Source: a virus. Taken from it: a stretch of 64,000 nucleotides of DNA. The translations under genes and the position numbers were made by a program. The stretch covers positions 48,534 through 112,533 of IMG/VR virus record IMGVR_UViG_3300045912_000261, one strand, 5' to 3'. This document shows positions 38,374-47,296 of the stretch, one piece after another; the first letter of the stretch is position 1; the number at the start of each line of letters is the position of its first letter. The notes under the pieces were generated by a model. The model made no database searches. It saw nothing but the letters and a program-made list of their open reading frames with translations, and was not told the origin of the DNA.

Positions 38374-40489
38374 CGCCGTTGCTCCTGAACCGTTCTTCTG
38401 CGATGGCCCGACGTAAGGCCTCCACAGCGGCAGCATCCTCCTGCCCCATAGTCACGCCCGTGTGGGCTCCTGGGAAAGGCTGCTGTGTGGTAAGCCGCTC
38501 GGGGGCCCCCGCAAAGGGGCCTGCGATGCCGAGGCCTCCGGTACCCACAGCTGCCCCTGCCGTGGGGTTGGCAGGATTAGGTGCCGGGCCGACTGCCGAC
38601 CCAGGTGCCCCTGGTGCTCCGGGGGCTCCTGGTGGGAGACCGGGTACCATACCTGCTCCAGGTTCCATACCGGGCTGCTGAGGCTGCTGGTTCTCGATGC
38701 CTTCGGGGTAGACCTGCCGAACAACGGCATCTGGGTCGGGGTAGCCGAGCCACAAGAGAACCTGCTGGAGGGTGAGGCGCTTGAGCGGGACGTCCGTAGC
38801 GAACGGATCCAGGCGGGCCATTGTGTTGGTGAGCGAGGCAACCAGCTCGGGGATCGAACGCTGCATGATGTTGGGCATCTCGACGTAGAAGGTTCGGTCG
38901 ATCTGCTCTGGCAGCGCTCCATCATCAATTGCCTTGTCGATGCAGAAGTCGATCACCTTGGTGACCATCTGCTCGAATAGCTCCTGCCTCGCCTCCATCA
39001 TCTTCAGGACGGGCTGCTCCATGGCCGTAGCGTTCGCTAGGTTGGCGCTCCCCTTGTCCCCGAGATAATGGATGGGGAGTCCTAGGGCGACACCAACCTG
39101 CCCACGCAGCATCTGGGCGTCTTGCTCGGCCTCTCCAGCACCTGATGTGGTCTTGAACTGCTCCAGGTTCTCGTTCTGGTTCTCAGTCAGAACCGACCCA
39201 GGGGCAGGAGGCGCGACGGGGTCGAAGTCGGCCGGGAGGCCTGTACGGCCCATGCCAGAGACCATCCTCTGGGCAGCCTGTACAACTGCCTGGGAACCTC
39301 CCTTCACCTTCTTACGGAAGATGAACGTGGCTAGAGCGCGAAGGAGGGTCAGCCTCCAGGTGAAGAAATCGTTGAGGGCCCGTGCCCAGCGGACAGCACG
39401 CCAAAGTTCAGAGTTCCCCCGCAGCTGGAAGCTGTGCCTGTTGACCATGATGTGGAGAATCTTGCCCTCACCCATTTTGGACTGGGGAGGACTACTTTGG
39501 TCAGGCTCAGGCGGATAGAAGAGGTCCTCGTAGTACCTGGTGATTCTCTCCTGTGGCCCTGCAAAGGCCCACGATCCGTCACCAGTATAGTCGTACTTCT
39601 TCTTGACGATCACCCTCTTGTAGTACCGAGGCTTAGCCGCGTTCTCCTCGTCGGGAATGACGTCCTCGATCTCGTTGGGGTGAATCTGCCCCAACTTGAC
39701 AGCCGAGGGGGGAGGAGGTGGCTCCGGCTTCTGCTTCTCTCCAGGCTTCGGCGGCTCAGCCTCCGGCTCCTCAATCTCAGGCTCTGGCATCCTTCCGGTG
39801 AGGTCTGGGTCCTCGCTGGGAGGGAGCAGTGCCTGCATGGTAGGATTAGGTGCCGAGCCGTTTGGTCCCGAGCCGTTGGGTGCTCCGTTAGATGAGCTGG
39901 GGAGGCCGATCTCCTCTTCGTCTTCGGGTGGGGCGAGGTCATCAGGGGACCACTCACCCTGATCAAACAGCACGAGGAAGAGCTCGCCGAAGAGAGTGAG
40001 CTCAGTGCCCTTGCAAACTTGTGCTTCGTACGAAGTGAGGATCAGCTTGTTGTCCGGGTCCTCCCAGAACGACCTGATGAGTCGCTGGATCCTCTTGTCT
40101 AGAGCTCGCGGCATTGGAAGACCACGGCCCCAGACGTACTCGTTCATTGTGTCGACGCCGCGACCTGCAACAGGATCTTCCCGCCAGATCTTCTCAGCCT
40201 GCTCGTTCCTTGCGCGGCGGGCCTTAGGCGTCATGTCTAGGGAATCAAGGAGACCGGTTCGCTGCGCAGAGATGAGGTCCCAGGAGAAGTCTTCCTGGAG
40301 CGTCTCCCGCATCATAAGCTCGGCCTGGGCGTCGGAGATACTCTCCGTCAGGTCCAGAATCCGGTCGCGGAGCTCAGCCGATGTGGTCTCCTCCAAACTA
40401 TCTACCCTCTCCTCGATGGTAGGACTGGGTGCCGAGTTGGCTGCGTTGGCCGACTCAGCTGGCTCACGGAAGAAGTCTAGGAGGCCCAT
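38366..40489 (-). CDS. Portal protein
   Basis: After terminase; DP.A.R.VD....YVWGRG, FW.DP.N, GELFL, RGNSEL, GLP.HYLGD..AN.A.A..ME.P; Pro-rich insertions. Confidence 0.85.
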   Translation of the reverse strand: MGLLDFFREPAESANAANSAPSPTIEERVDSLEETTSAELRDRILDLTESISDAQAELMMRETLQEDFSWDLISAQRTGLLDSLDMTPKARRARNEQAEKIWREDPVAGRGVDTMNEYVWGRGLPMPRALDKRIQRLIRSFWEDPDNKLILTSYEAQVCKGTELTLFGELFLVLFDQGEWSPDDLAPPEDEEEIGLPSSSNGAPNGSGPNGSAPNPTMQALLPPSEDPDLTGRMPEPEIEEPEAEPPKPGEKQKPEPPPPPSAVKLGQIHPNEIEDVIPDEENAAKPRYYKRVIVKKKYDYTGDGSWAFAGPQERITRYYEDLFYPPEPDQSSPPQSKMGEGKILHIMVNRHSFQLRGNSELWRAVRWARALNDFFTWRLTLLRALATFIFRKKVKGGSQAVVQAAQRMVSGMGRTGLPADFDPVAPPAPGSVLTENQNENLEQFKTTSGAGEAEQDAQMLRGQVGVALGLPIHYLGDKGSANLANATAMEQPVLKMMEARQELFEQMVTKVIDFCIDKAIDDGALPEQIDRTFYVEMPNIMQRSIPELVASLTNTMARLDPFATDVPLKRLTLQQVLLWLGYPDPDAVVRQVYPEGIENQQPQQPGMEPGAGMVPGLPPGAPGAPGAPGSAVGPAPNPANPTAGAAVGTGGLGIAGPFAGAPERLTTQQPFPGAHTGVTMGQEDAAAVEALRRAIAEERFRSNGGV

Positions 40490-40747
40490 CTAGAGTTCCT
40501 CTCGGGGGTTGTCGGCACGCCAAGTGGGACATCCGTCATAGTCCCGGGTGCAGCGCCCGAAGTAGGTGTTCGGAGAATTGCGGGCTTCAATGAGATGCCC
40601 TTCGATCCGGCAGAGGCATACATGCCGCGATACCTGTAGACCTGCAGGACATCTCACGGGAGGATCGAGAAGCTCCTGAGATCGATGTTCCTCTACGAAC
40701 CGGCGGAGATCGACGTCGTCGCGGTCGAGAATCTTGGAGAGTCCCAT
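40490..40747 (-). CDS. Small Cys-rich protein
   Basis: 85 aa, five Cys, between TerL and portal. Confidence 0.55.
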   Translation of the reverse strand: MGLSKILDRDDVDLRRFVEEHRSQELLDPPVRCPAGLQVSRHVCLCRIEGHLIEARNSPNTYFGRCTRDYDGCPTWRADNPREEL

Positions 40748-40752
40748 ATCGG

Positions 40753-42918
40753 CTAGTACCTCACGCCTTCGTAAGTCTCAATGCCCAGGTCGTCCAGAGT
40801 GACGTAGTCCTCGCCGGGCATCGTAAGTACGCTGTGACCGAAGCGGGACAGGTACCCCACGACACCAGCAACGGAATCTGAGGTCTCCTTGAGCCCCGTG
40901 ATGCTCTGTCCGCCATCCTCTAGCTGCATGAGCTCCCTGGACGCCCAGCCATAGTTCATCACGCGGATACGACCCTCGTTGACCGCGAGCTGGAGGTCTG
41001 TGTAGGGCTGCTTGTCAACTGCCATAGGAGCTCCGGTTCCATAGGGGACCCCTGTGTTGGGATCGATCAGCGCGCCCACGGTTACGAGACCAGCCCTAAC
41101 AAACTTCTGTACCAGCGAGGCACTCTGGAAACCTGCCACACTAGCCGACGTGATGAGGAACCTCCGCACCTGGCGAAGGGCAATGATGAAGTCTGCACAT
41201 GCGCCTAGGTTTAGGTGCCCCACACGTGGCGCGATGACACGCATCACTAGGGGCACTTCGAAAAGGGGCACCTCAACTTCCATAGGCGCGTTCTCGATGA
41301 ACGTAACAACCCGCTTCCAGTTGGAGATGCGCCCCAGGGCAACAGACGCAATCCCGCCTCCGGCAGCTACCGAGAGGTGTGCATGCCACAGAATCTGCGC
41401 GTCGCCCTGGAACTCAGGCTTCAGGGCTGCCAGCAGAGTGTCCAAGGAGCTACCGTCTGCCACTAGCCACTCTGAGCGCTCTGCTGCGGTCTCCTCCGTG
41501 GTCTCAGTGTCGGAATCCGCATCTGGATCCCACTTGTCGGTAGCAAGAATGCTCGAGGAGTAGTCCCTAATGGCTCCTTCAGGGTTCAGCTGGGACTGGA
41601 GAACGAATGCCTCGTCGATCTTGCGGCCCTCTGGGAACAGCATCCGGCGGCCGGGACGCTCAGCGAGCATGATGCCTGCCATCGACATCGTGTCCACCTG
41701 GTCGTCATGGTCCCCGTTCGGGAAGTTCAAGAGCTCTTCCTCCCAGTCGGGAAGCCAGGGTGCCGAGTCGCGAGCATACACAGTCCCTGCTGCGAAGCGC
41801 GCAAGGATACTCGAGGCCCGGGAAACCTTGTCCTTGTCGGCAGGGATGGGTCTGACAGGGAGGCCCTCCCTAAGGGCTGTCTGCACCACACTCAGCTGGA
41901 AGCCGGTCTTCTCAATCCCGATGTACCCGGGGTGCCACTTCTGGTACACCCTATTGAGGAGGTTGATGTGATCCGGGCCAGCCATGCGGGATCGCTGCAC
42001 ATCTAGCACCAGGAGGTCAGCCTCGGGAGTCACCCCGAACACAGAAACGACAGAGTAGTCCGCTGTCTCCTTCAGGGATGTTGCAAGGTCGGTCGTGGCA
42101 AATCGGAAGAGGTCCTGGGGAGCTACGGTCTTTAGATCCCCATTGCTTTGTAGGAGCTGGTAGAATCCAGTGCTGGGGTCGACAGTGAAGTACTTGAACC
42201 ACTCAGGCTTGAACTGGTGGGCGCCAGGAGCGATGAACTGGGCCTCGTACTCTTGTGCAAACTTGTAGGGTCCCAGCTCGAGCTTAGCAGCCTCAATCTC
42301 GGTCTGGGGGATCTTGGGATTGTCAGCTGTGGGCCTCTGCCACCGCGCCCAATCACCCAGCTTCGGTACCCGTTCGAAGAGCTTCCAGAACCAGTTGCGT
42401 CCCTGGGGAGTGGAGATGAAGATGCACCAACCTTCACGGTCGGAGAGCGCGGGGCGCAGGGCCTCAGCCCAGGCGTCCTCTTTCACATAGGCAGCCTCGT
42501 CGATAACGAGGCCGTCTAGACCTGAGCCTCGAAGCGAGTCGGGGTTGTCAGTTGACCTCACAGTAATGCTGCCGCCACCAGGAAGAACGATCCGGCGCTC
42601 CACCTCACTCTTTTCGACCCAGGCTCCGATAAGAGCCTTCTTCAGGTCGCGCCAGATCTGGTTGGAGATGTTATAGGTGGGGCAAACCCACCAGACATTG
42701 CCTCCCTGGAGAGCACCAATTCGGGGGCTGTCTGCGGGGCCGTGACCCTGAACCACTGACATGAGACCCAAGACGGTCTTCCCCCAGCGGCGCCCACAGC
42801 AGCAAACCTTGAAGCGTGCAGGGGACTCTAACACTACGGCCTGGTGCTGCAGCGCTCTCGGCAGGATGATGCGCGGAACATCCTCCAAGTCTAGGGGTCG
42901 ACCAGCCGTTACGGGCAT
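40753..42918 (-). CDS. terL: Terminase large subunit with C-terminal extension
   Basis: GRRWGKT Walker A, LRG.GLDGLVIDEAA Walker B, ISTP.G.NWF, nuclease DLA...DYS...IEK...FPNGDHDDQVD. Confidence 0.95.
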   Translation of the reverse strand: MPVTAGRPLDLEDVPRIILPRALQHQAVVLESPARFKVCCCGRRWGKTVLGLMSVVQGHGPADSPRIGALQGGNVWWVCPTYNISNQIWRDLKKALIGAWVEKSEVERRIVLPGGGSITVRSTDNPDSLRGSGLDGLVIDEAAYVKEDAWAEALRPALSDREGWCIFISTPQGRNWFWKLFERVPKLGDWARWQRPTADNPKIPQTEIEAAKLELGPYKFAQEYEAQFIAPGAHQFKPEWFKYFTVDPSTGFYQLLQSNGDLKTVAPQDLFRFATTDLATSLKETADYSVVSVFGVTPEADLLVLDVQRSRMAGPDHINLLNRVYQKWHPGYIGIEKTGFQLSVVQTALREGLPVRPIPADKDKVSRASSILARFAAGTVYARDSAPWLPDWEEELLNFPNGDHDDQVDTMSMAGIMLAERPGRRMLFPEGRKIDEAFVLQSQLNPEGAIRDYSSSILATDKWDPDADSDTETTEETAAERSEWLVADGSSLDTLLAALKPEFQGDAQILWHAHLSVAAGGGIASVALGRISNWKRVVTFIENAPMEVEVPLFEVPLVMRVIAPRVGHLNLGACADFIIALRQVRRFLITSASVAGFQSASLVQKFVRAGLVTVGALIDPNTGVPYGTGAPMAVDKQPYTDLQLAVNEGRIRVMNYGWASRELMQLEDGGQSITGLKETSDSVAGVVGYLSRFGHSVLTMPGEDYVTLDDLGIETYEGVRY

Positions 42919-42924
42919 GTGGTC

Positions 42925-43092
42925 CTACTGCCTCCAGGTCTCTACGGTGAGCAATAGGTCCTCAAGGGAAGCTCCTTCGAGCAGGGAGATTTCGAGCTCC
43001 CTCATTAGAGCCTCATGCCCTCGGTTGGAGGGCTGGAGCTTCTCTCTGGTCTGCTCTGCTAGAGCTTCGTGCCAATCTAGTTGGTAGGACAT
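42925..43092 (-). CDS. 55-aa hypothetical protein
   Basis: Manual translation MSYQLDWHEAL...VETWRQ fills the gap; its ATG lies inside a dispersed-motif copy. Confidence 0.45.
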   Translation of the reverse strand: MSYQLDWHEALAEQTREKLQPSNRGHEALMRELEISLLEGASLEDLLLTVETWRQ

Positions 43093-43124
43093 GGTGCCCG
43101 AGTCGACTTGTGGTGGGACGGTAA

Positions 43125-43511
43125 TTATGGTATCGTCCTTGGAGCTAGACGGATCTCACCCGTTCTGGCGTAGTGGGCACAATCTAGTGCCGGGAAGTAC
43201 TGGAGGGCGAGATCGTTCGCCTCAGGAGCCCTGGTGTCGATAAACTGTCTGATACCCGTTCGTGTCTCGTCCATGATAATACAGGCGTCTAGCCTTGCCT
43301 GTTCTTGTGCTTGAGCCACCTGGATGATGTCTCGGGCCTCTTCTCGGTCGGCTAGCTGTTCATTCCTAACTAGCACACCTAAGGTAACAGCCAGCACCAG
43401 CAAGGTCAGGGTCATTGCGGCTGCCATAGACTTGAAGACCAGCAGCCTGGTTGCGTGCTCGTTGGGCTTGCTTGGGCCCACACGCTTGAGTAGACGAGAG
43501 ATTGGGATCAT
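43125..43511 (-). CDS. Single-pass membrane protein
   Basis: One TM helix, coiled segment, two Cys. Confidence 0.6.
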   Translation of the reverse strand: MIPISRLLKRVGPSKPNEHATRLLVFKSMAAAMTLTLLVLAVTLGVLVRNEQLADREEARDIIQVAQAQEQARLDACIIMDETRTGIRQFIDTRAPEANDLALQYFPALDCAHYARTGEIRLAPRTIP

Positions 43512-43608
43512 GCCCCAAAAGGCCCTGAAATAGCTGCGGCGACAATTACGATCAGGTTGCCCCAGGTCCAGCAGCGAATTGTGAAGGGGATCTTCTGGTG
43601 CAAGACTG

Positions 43609-43959
43609 CTACTTTTTGAAGAGTCCTGTCAGTACTGCTAGAGGCAGGTACCCCATCAGCAGAAGATACGCGGCTAGGAGAGGAGCTGCCACCGTTCCGT
43701 CCCGGGAGTCGAAGAAGAGAAGGGCTCCGCCAAAGATGAAAGCTACCACTGTCGAGATAACCGGCCACCAGACCCGAAACCACTGAGGAGGCCCATCTGG
43801 AGGGTAGGGATTCTCCTTGCCCTTGATGCCTCCGTTGCCGCTGTCGCTGTCGCTGCCGTTGCCTCCCCTCCTGCTCCCTCTGGGCCTCTTCTGCCCCCTC
43901 TGGGGCTCGGTTGACATCAGGAGCCCTGGGAGCAAGCCTACCGCTGCCGTAGACATCAC
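43609..43959 (-). CDS. Two-TM membrane protein (holin-like)
   Basis: Two C-terminal hydrophobic helices, ATGA overlap with HNH gene. Confidence 0.55.
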   Translation of the reverse strand: MMSTAAVGLLPGLLMSTEPQRGQKRPRGSRRGGNGSDSDSGNGGIKGKENPYPPDGPPQWFRVWWPVISTVVAFIFGGALLFFDSRDGTVAAPLLAAYLLLMGYLPLAVLTGLFKK

Positions 43960-44531
43960 CCATGGATCTCTTGTGGAACTGGATCTGAGGGTGCGATGGG
44001 ATTAGGTGCCCGAGTCGTCGAGACGATAGGACTAGGTGCCCGAGTTGCCGAGTCGGTAGGTACTGGAGGAATGTCGCTGCCGTCGTAAGGACGCTTGAGA
44101 TTGCACTCCCGGCAGATGATTCTTACGTTGGAGCGCATGTGCTTGCCTCCACGTGCAATGGGGACAATGTGGTCCAGATTACGACTTCTCTCGTGACCAG
44201 GACGGTTAGCCAACTTTCTCTGGCACAGAGGACACGTCGTTGTAGAGCGCCAGAGCTCGATCATCCACTCGCTAGTAATGTCAGTGTGCTGCTGCCTCGC
44301 CCTCCGGAGGTGAAGCTGGTTGACAAACTCCGCCTTATCTTCCGGACTGGGGCCTAGAGTAGCTAGGTACCGCTTCCTGCGCGCCCGAGCGGATTGGTAC
44401 TTCCGCATGCACTCCTTGCATCTGTGCTGCAGCCCATCTTTCGACTCGGTCCGGCGGTAGAAGGCCTCTCTCGGCTTCCGCTTGTGGCACTTGTTGCACA
44501 CCTTCGTTCGAGACTGTGTCTGAGTTGCCAC
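43956..44531 (-). CDS. HNH endonuclease with N-terminal zinc ribbon
   Basis: CNKC...DGLQHRCKEC; CPLC...LDHIVP..RGGKH..SNV..ICRECN. Confidence 0.9.
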   Translation of the reverse strand: MATQTQSRTKVCNKCHKRKPREAFYRRTESKDGLQHRCKECMRKYQSARARRKRYLATLGPSPEDKAEFVNQLHLRRARQQHTDITSEWMIELWRSTTTCPLCQRKLANRPGHERSRNLDHIVPIARGGKHMRSNVRIICRECNLKRPYDGSDIPPVPTDSATRAPSPIVSTTRAPNPIAPSDPVPQEIHG

Positions 44532-44562
44532 GATAGGACTGGGTGCCCGAGTAGCCCTGGCG

Positions 44563-45105
44563 CTAGCTACTGCGCCAGTCGACTTCTTCGGGAAGCTTAT
44601 TGTGCTTCCGGCAGTTACAGGACTTGCAGGCTGGAGTTACATTCTCTAGCTCGTGCCGTCCACCCCTGCTGACGGGTACAATGTGATCTACTGTGACAGT
44701 ACCTGGAGTAAGAGTGATTTCGCAGTACGTACACTTCCAGCCCAAGAATTCACATAGCTCGAAAAAGTCCCTCAGGTCTAGATAGCCTCCAGCCTCAGTC
44801 CTACGCGCTCGGTAAGCATGCTGCCAGTTGCGCTGTTTCTCCCTGTTGCGCTCTAGGTACTCTTGCTGTTGCTCCCGAATCCAGTCCGCATTCAGTTTCC
44901 TATACTGGCGATTGTACTCTGAGATGTGCCCTTTGTGTTGTAAGCCCCAAGCTTTTCTACTGGGGTAGGATTCACCGTTGTGGCAAGGCTTACAGCGCCA
45001 AGAGCGCCCTTTGCGGCCGCTTCGGTTCTTGTAAAAGGCCCCAGGAGGCAAATCTTGACCACACTTTCCGCAGCGGAGCAACTCCTGTTCCCTTACAAGA
45101 TTCAA
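44563..45105 (-). CDS. HNH endonuclease with N-terminal zinc ribbon
   Basis: CGKC...CKPC; CTYC...VDHIVPVSRGGRH...NVTPACKSCN..K. Confidence 0.9.
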   Translation of the reverse strand: MNLVREQELLRCGKCGQDLPPGAFYKNRSGRKGRSWRCKPCHNGESYPSRKAWGLQHKGHISEYNRQYRKLNADWIREQQQEYLERNREKQRNWQHAYRARRTEAGGYLDLRDFFELCEFLGWKCTYCEITLTPGTVTVDHIVPVSRGGRHELENVTPACKSCNCRKHNKLPEEVDWRSS

Positions 45106-45917
45106 CTACTTCTCCAATCATCTGTATAAATCACTTGGACCTGGACGGTGCCCTGGTTGTTCCCGATGCTGACACCTGGCTTCTGGTCGTTCGCGGGGTG
45201 CTTGCCGTCGCCGTTGGTAGGCTTGCTGGGCTCCTTGCCCCGACTGAGCCTCTCTAGCGCAACGCCGTTCTTGAGCCACTCGTTCATCATCTGAGGCGTA
45301 AGCTCTTCGGGGTCCATGTCCTCTAGGGCCTCTGCTACCTTGTCAATAAGGCGTCTGGCGAGGCCTGCATGAGTCAGCTCCATCTCAATGCTGTCGGCGC
45401 GGAGCTGGATTTCCTGTTCCTGCTCTCTGAACTTGTCGTACGCGCTTGCGCGATACTGCCAGCAGTAAAGGGCTGCGATCGTGTTGAGCGTCGCGGGGTT
45501 CACCTTCAAGAGCTCGGCTACCTTCGCCAGCGTCCGCCGCTTATGCTGCGCCAGCCTGCTCTTTGTAAGGTTGCTTGCCTGTGTGGCACTAGAGGCCGTG
45601 ATCGTGGTATAAGGGTAATCCCTGTACTTCTTGAACGCCTCGTAGTACTTCATCGGCTCGTTCTCGAGGCGCTCCCAAAAAGGTGTCCCCTGCGGCGTAG
45701 TGGGGAAACCTTCAACGTAGCTTAGCGGGATGAGGGTGGGCTCCTCGTAGTCCTCGCTCAGGGTTGTGGGGTCCCAGTACCCCTCGATGTTGCCATCGAC
45801 GTCTAGGGGGAGCTGTCTGGCGTTGGCTCTATCGACTAGCGCCTTAGTCGCATTGAGCATCTCCGGAGGGAGATCCAGCTCTTGTCTTGCGGTAGTGGGT
45901 TCTAGTGCGGTCCCCAT
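45102..45917 (-). CDS. terS: Probable terminase small subunit
   Basis: First gene of late operon; WER...E....YEAF..YRD...RTLAKVA...W..RA.AYD HTH pattern followed by coiled coil. Confidence 0.65.
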   Translation of the reverse strand: MGTALEPTTARQELDLPPEMLNATKALVDRANARQLPLDVDGNIEGYWDPTTLSEDYEEPTLIPLSYVEGFPTTPQGTPFWERLENEPMKYYEAFKKYRDYPYTTITASSATQASNLTKSRLAQHKRRTLAKVAELLKVNPATLNTIAALYCWQYRASAYDKFREQEQEIQLRADSIEMELTHAGLARRLIDKVAEALEDMDPEELTPQMMNEWLKNGVALERLSRGKEPSKPTNGDGKHPANDQKPGVSIGNNQGTVQVQVIYTDDWRSS

Positions 45918-45951
45918 GCTCCAGCTCGATCTAGGGTCCCATCTTACTTGA

Positions 45952-45990
45952 ATTATACACTCCGGGGCAGGATGATTTCACGATCATTTT
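45952..45990 (-). promoter_or_regulatory. Putative late promoter (packaging operon)
   Basis: AAAATGATC-GTGAAA-N18-TATAAT upstream of terS. Confidence 0.75.
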
Positions 45991-46100
45991 CGACCGATTT
46001 AGTCTCCGAGCCCAAACCGACTTGATCGGGCACCTGCCCCCCCCCCGTCCAAACCCTGCCTGTTTTGCCTGCCCCCTTGTAGGAGAAGAGACGGCTGCGC

Positions 46101-46408
46101 GGTGGTTGGAATTAGAATGGTTGGGTGATAGTTGTATAGAGGAGGTTAGAGGGGATGTGGTTGAAAGAATTTGTAAGGTAGTAAAGAGAGGAAAGTAGAT
46201 TGGTAAGTTTATGGTAGATGGAAGGTTAAAGTGAAGGAAGGAAAGGAGATGATGAAGGAATGAAGTAGGAAAGGTTGAAGTAGTTGGTGTAGAGTATAGT
46301 GAAAGGAGTGGGGGATATGTGGATGATGATGTGGAATGGTGAGGTGGAGAGTGTGGAAAAGGTGAAGAAGGAATGTGAGATGTTTGAGTTGGAGATGGTG
46401 ATGGGTTG
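46101..46408. other. 308-nt cytosine-free tract at the strand switch
   Basis: No C on the + strand from 46101 to 46408 (direct reading). Confidence 0.95.
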
Positions 46409-46433
46409 CCGCTGGACGGAAAGTTTTGTGTGA

Positions 46434-46467
46434 TTCTCCGGGGATCGAAGTCTGTTTTGTTGAAGTT
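46434..46467 (+). promoter_or_regulatory. Class-A upstream motif copy 1
   Basis: TCTCCGGGGA-N3-AGTCTGTT-N3-TGAA; three copies, each before a transcription unit. Confidence 0.55.
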
Positions 46468-46532
46468 AGGCTTCAGAGGGGATATGGAGCCGAGATGGAC
46501 GGTCAGTCACCGTACAATCCGAGGAGGATACA

Positions 46533-46790
46533 ATGGCCGCTGCGAAGAACACCGAGAAGAAGATCTACGTCCGTGTGGACGTGAAGCAGGTGCGCAAGGG
46601 GTTCGTGCTCGTGAGCCGCACGGTCCCCGGAGGGAACCTGGACGCCGTGCCGGAGGACGTCAAGTTCCTGACGCGCGGGATGTACATCCGGACGGATGAG
46701 GAGGTCCAGGTGGGCGACAAGCTCCGTCTGGAGATCATCGTCCGAGGGGTCGAGCGCCCGGAGGTCGGCGGCGACGACCAGGAGTTCTAG
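46533..46790 (+). CDS. Hypothetical early protein
   Basis: GAGGAGG SD, strong GC3 bias. Confidence 0.75.
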   Translation: MAAAKNTEKKIYVRVDVKQVRKGFVLVSRTVPGGNLDAVPEDVKFLTRGMYIRTDEEVQVGDKLRLEIIVRGVERPEVGGDDQEF

Positions 46791-46829
46791 CAGGACGAGC
46801 TAGAGCTAGAGCATGAGCAGGCTGCAGTC

Positions 46830-46862
46830 TCTCCGGGGACTGCAGTCTGTTCAGGTGAAAGT
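46830..46862 (+). promoter_or_regulatory. Class-A upstream motif copy 2
   Basis: TCTCCGGGGACTGCAGTCTGTTCAGGTGAAAGT. Confidence 0.5.
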
Positions 46863-46883
46863 AAGCAACCGGAAGGGGGATAC

Positions 46884-47021
46884 ATGCCCGAGATGCCGCA
46901 GGACCCGAAGTGTCCGGTCTGCCGCCGGTGGTGCTCGGAGCGCGAGTGGCTCCAAGGGCAGTGTGACGACTGCCCGGGGCCGCCCCGCTCAGGCCGCCGG
47001 CCGTCCCGAAAGGGGGACTAG
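46884..47021 (+). CDS. 45-aa zinc-finger-like peptide
   Basis: Manual translation MPEMPQDPKCPVC...CDDC...; purine-rich SD; stop overlaps next GTG. Confidence 0.55.
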   Translation: MPEMPQDPKCPVCRRWCSEREWLQGQCDDCPGPPRSGRRPSRKGD

Positions 47022-47296
47022 TGATCCCGAGCAAGCCCAAGCTGGGCCTCAACACCCGCCCGCTGGCCATGGAGCGCATGCGCACCCGGATGGAGTCCCA
47101 CATCCGCCGCGCCCTGGCCGGCCTCGACCTCCATGGCGACACCGACTACTACCTCGCCGAGACGGAAGAGACCGTCCGTGAGGTGGCCGCGCTCCACTGC
47201 CCCTCCGCGGACGACTGGGGCGAGATGTACCCTCTGGCCTGTCTCGTCGCCCAGAGAATCGAAGACGACCAACCGACCCGAAAGGAGGATACGTGA
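47021..47296 (+). CDS. Hypothetical protein
   Basis: Coupled ORF, GC3 bias. Confidence 0.65.
   Translation: MIPSKPKLGLNTRPLAMERMRTRMESHIRRALAGLDLHGDTDYYLAETEETVREVAALHCPSADDWGEMYPLACLVAQRIEDDQPTRKEDT

Noticed and set aside
40753-42918. Intein or intron explaining the long TerL
   Set aside because: Extra length is C-terminal to a complete enzyme; no splice-junction or LAGLIDADG motifs.
215-45951. Many + strand ORFs in the left arm (e.g. 19734..20660, 30389..31057) and - strand ORFs in the right arm
   Set aside because: Antisense shadows of GC3-biased genes, without SD or recognisable motifs.
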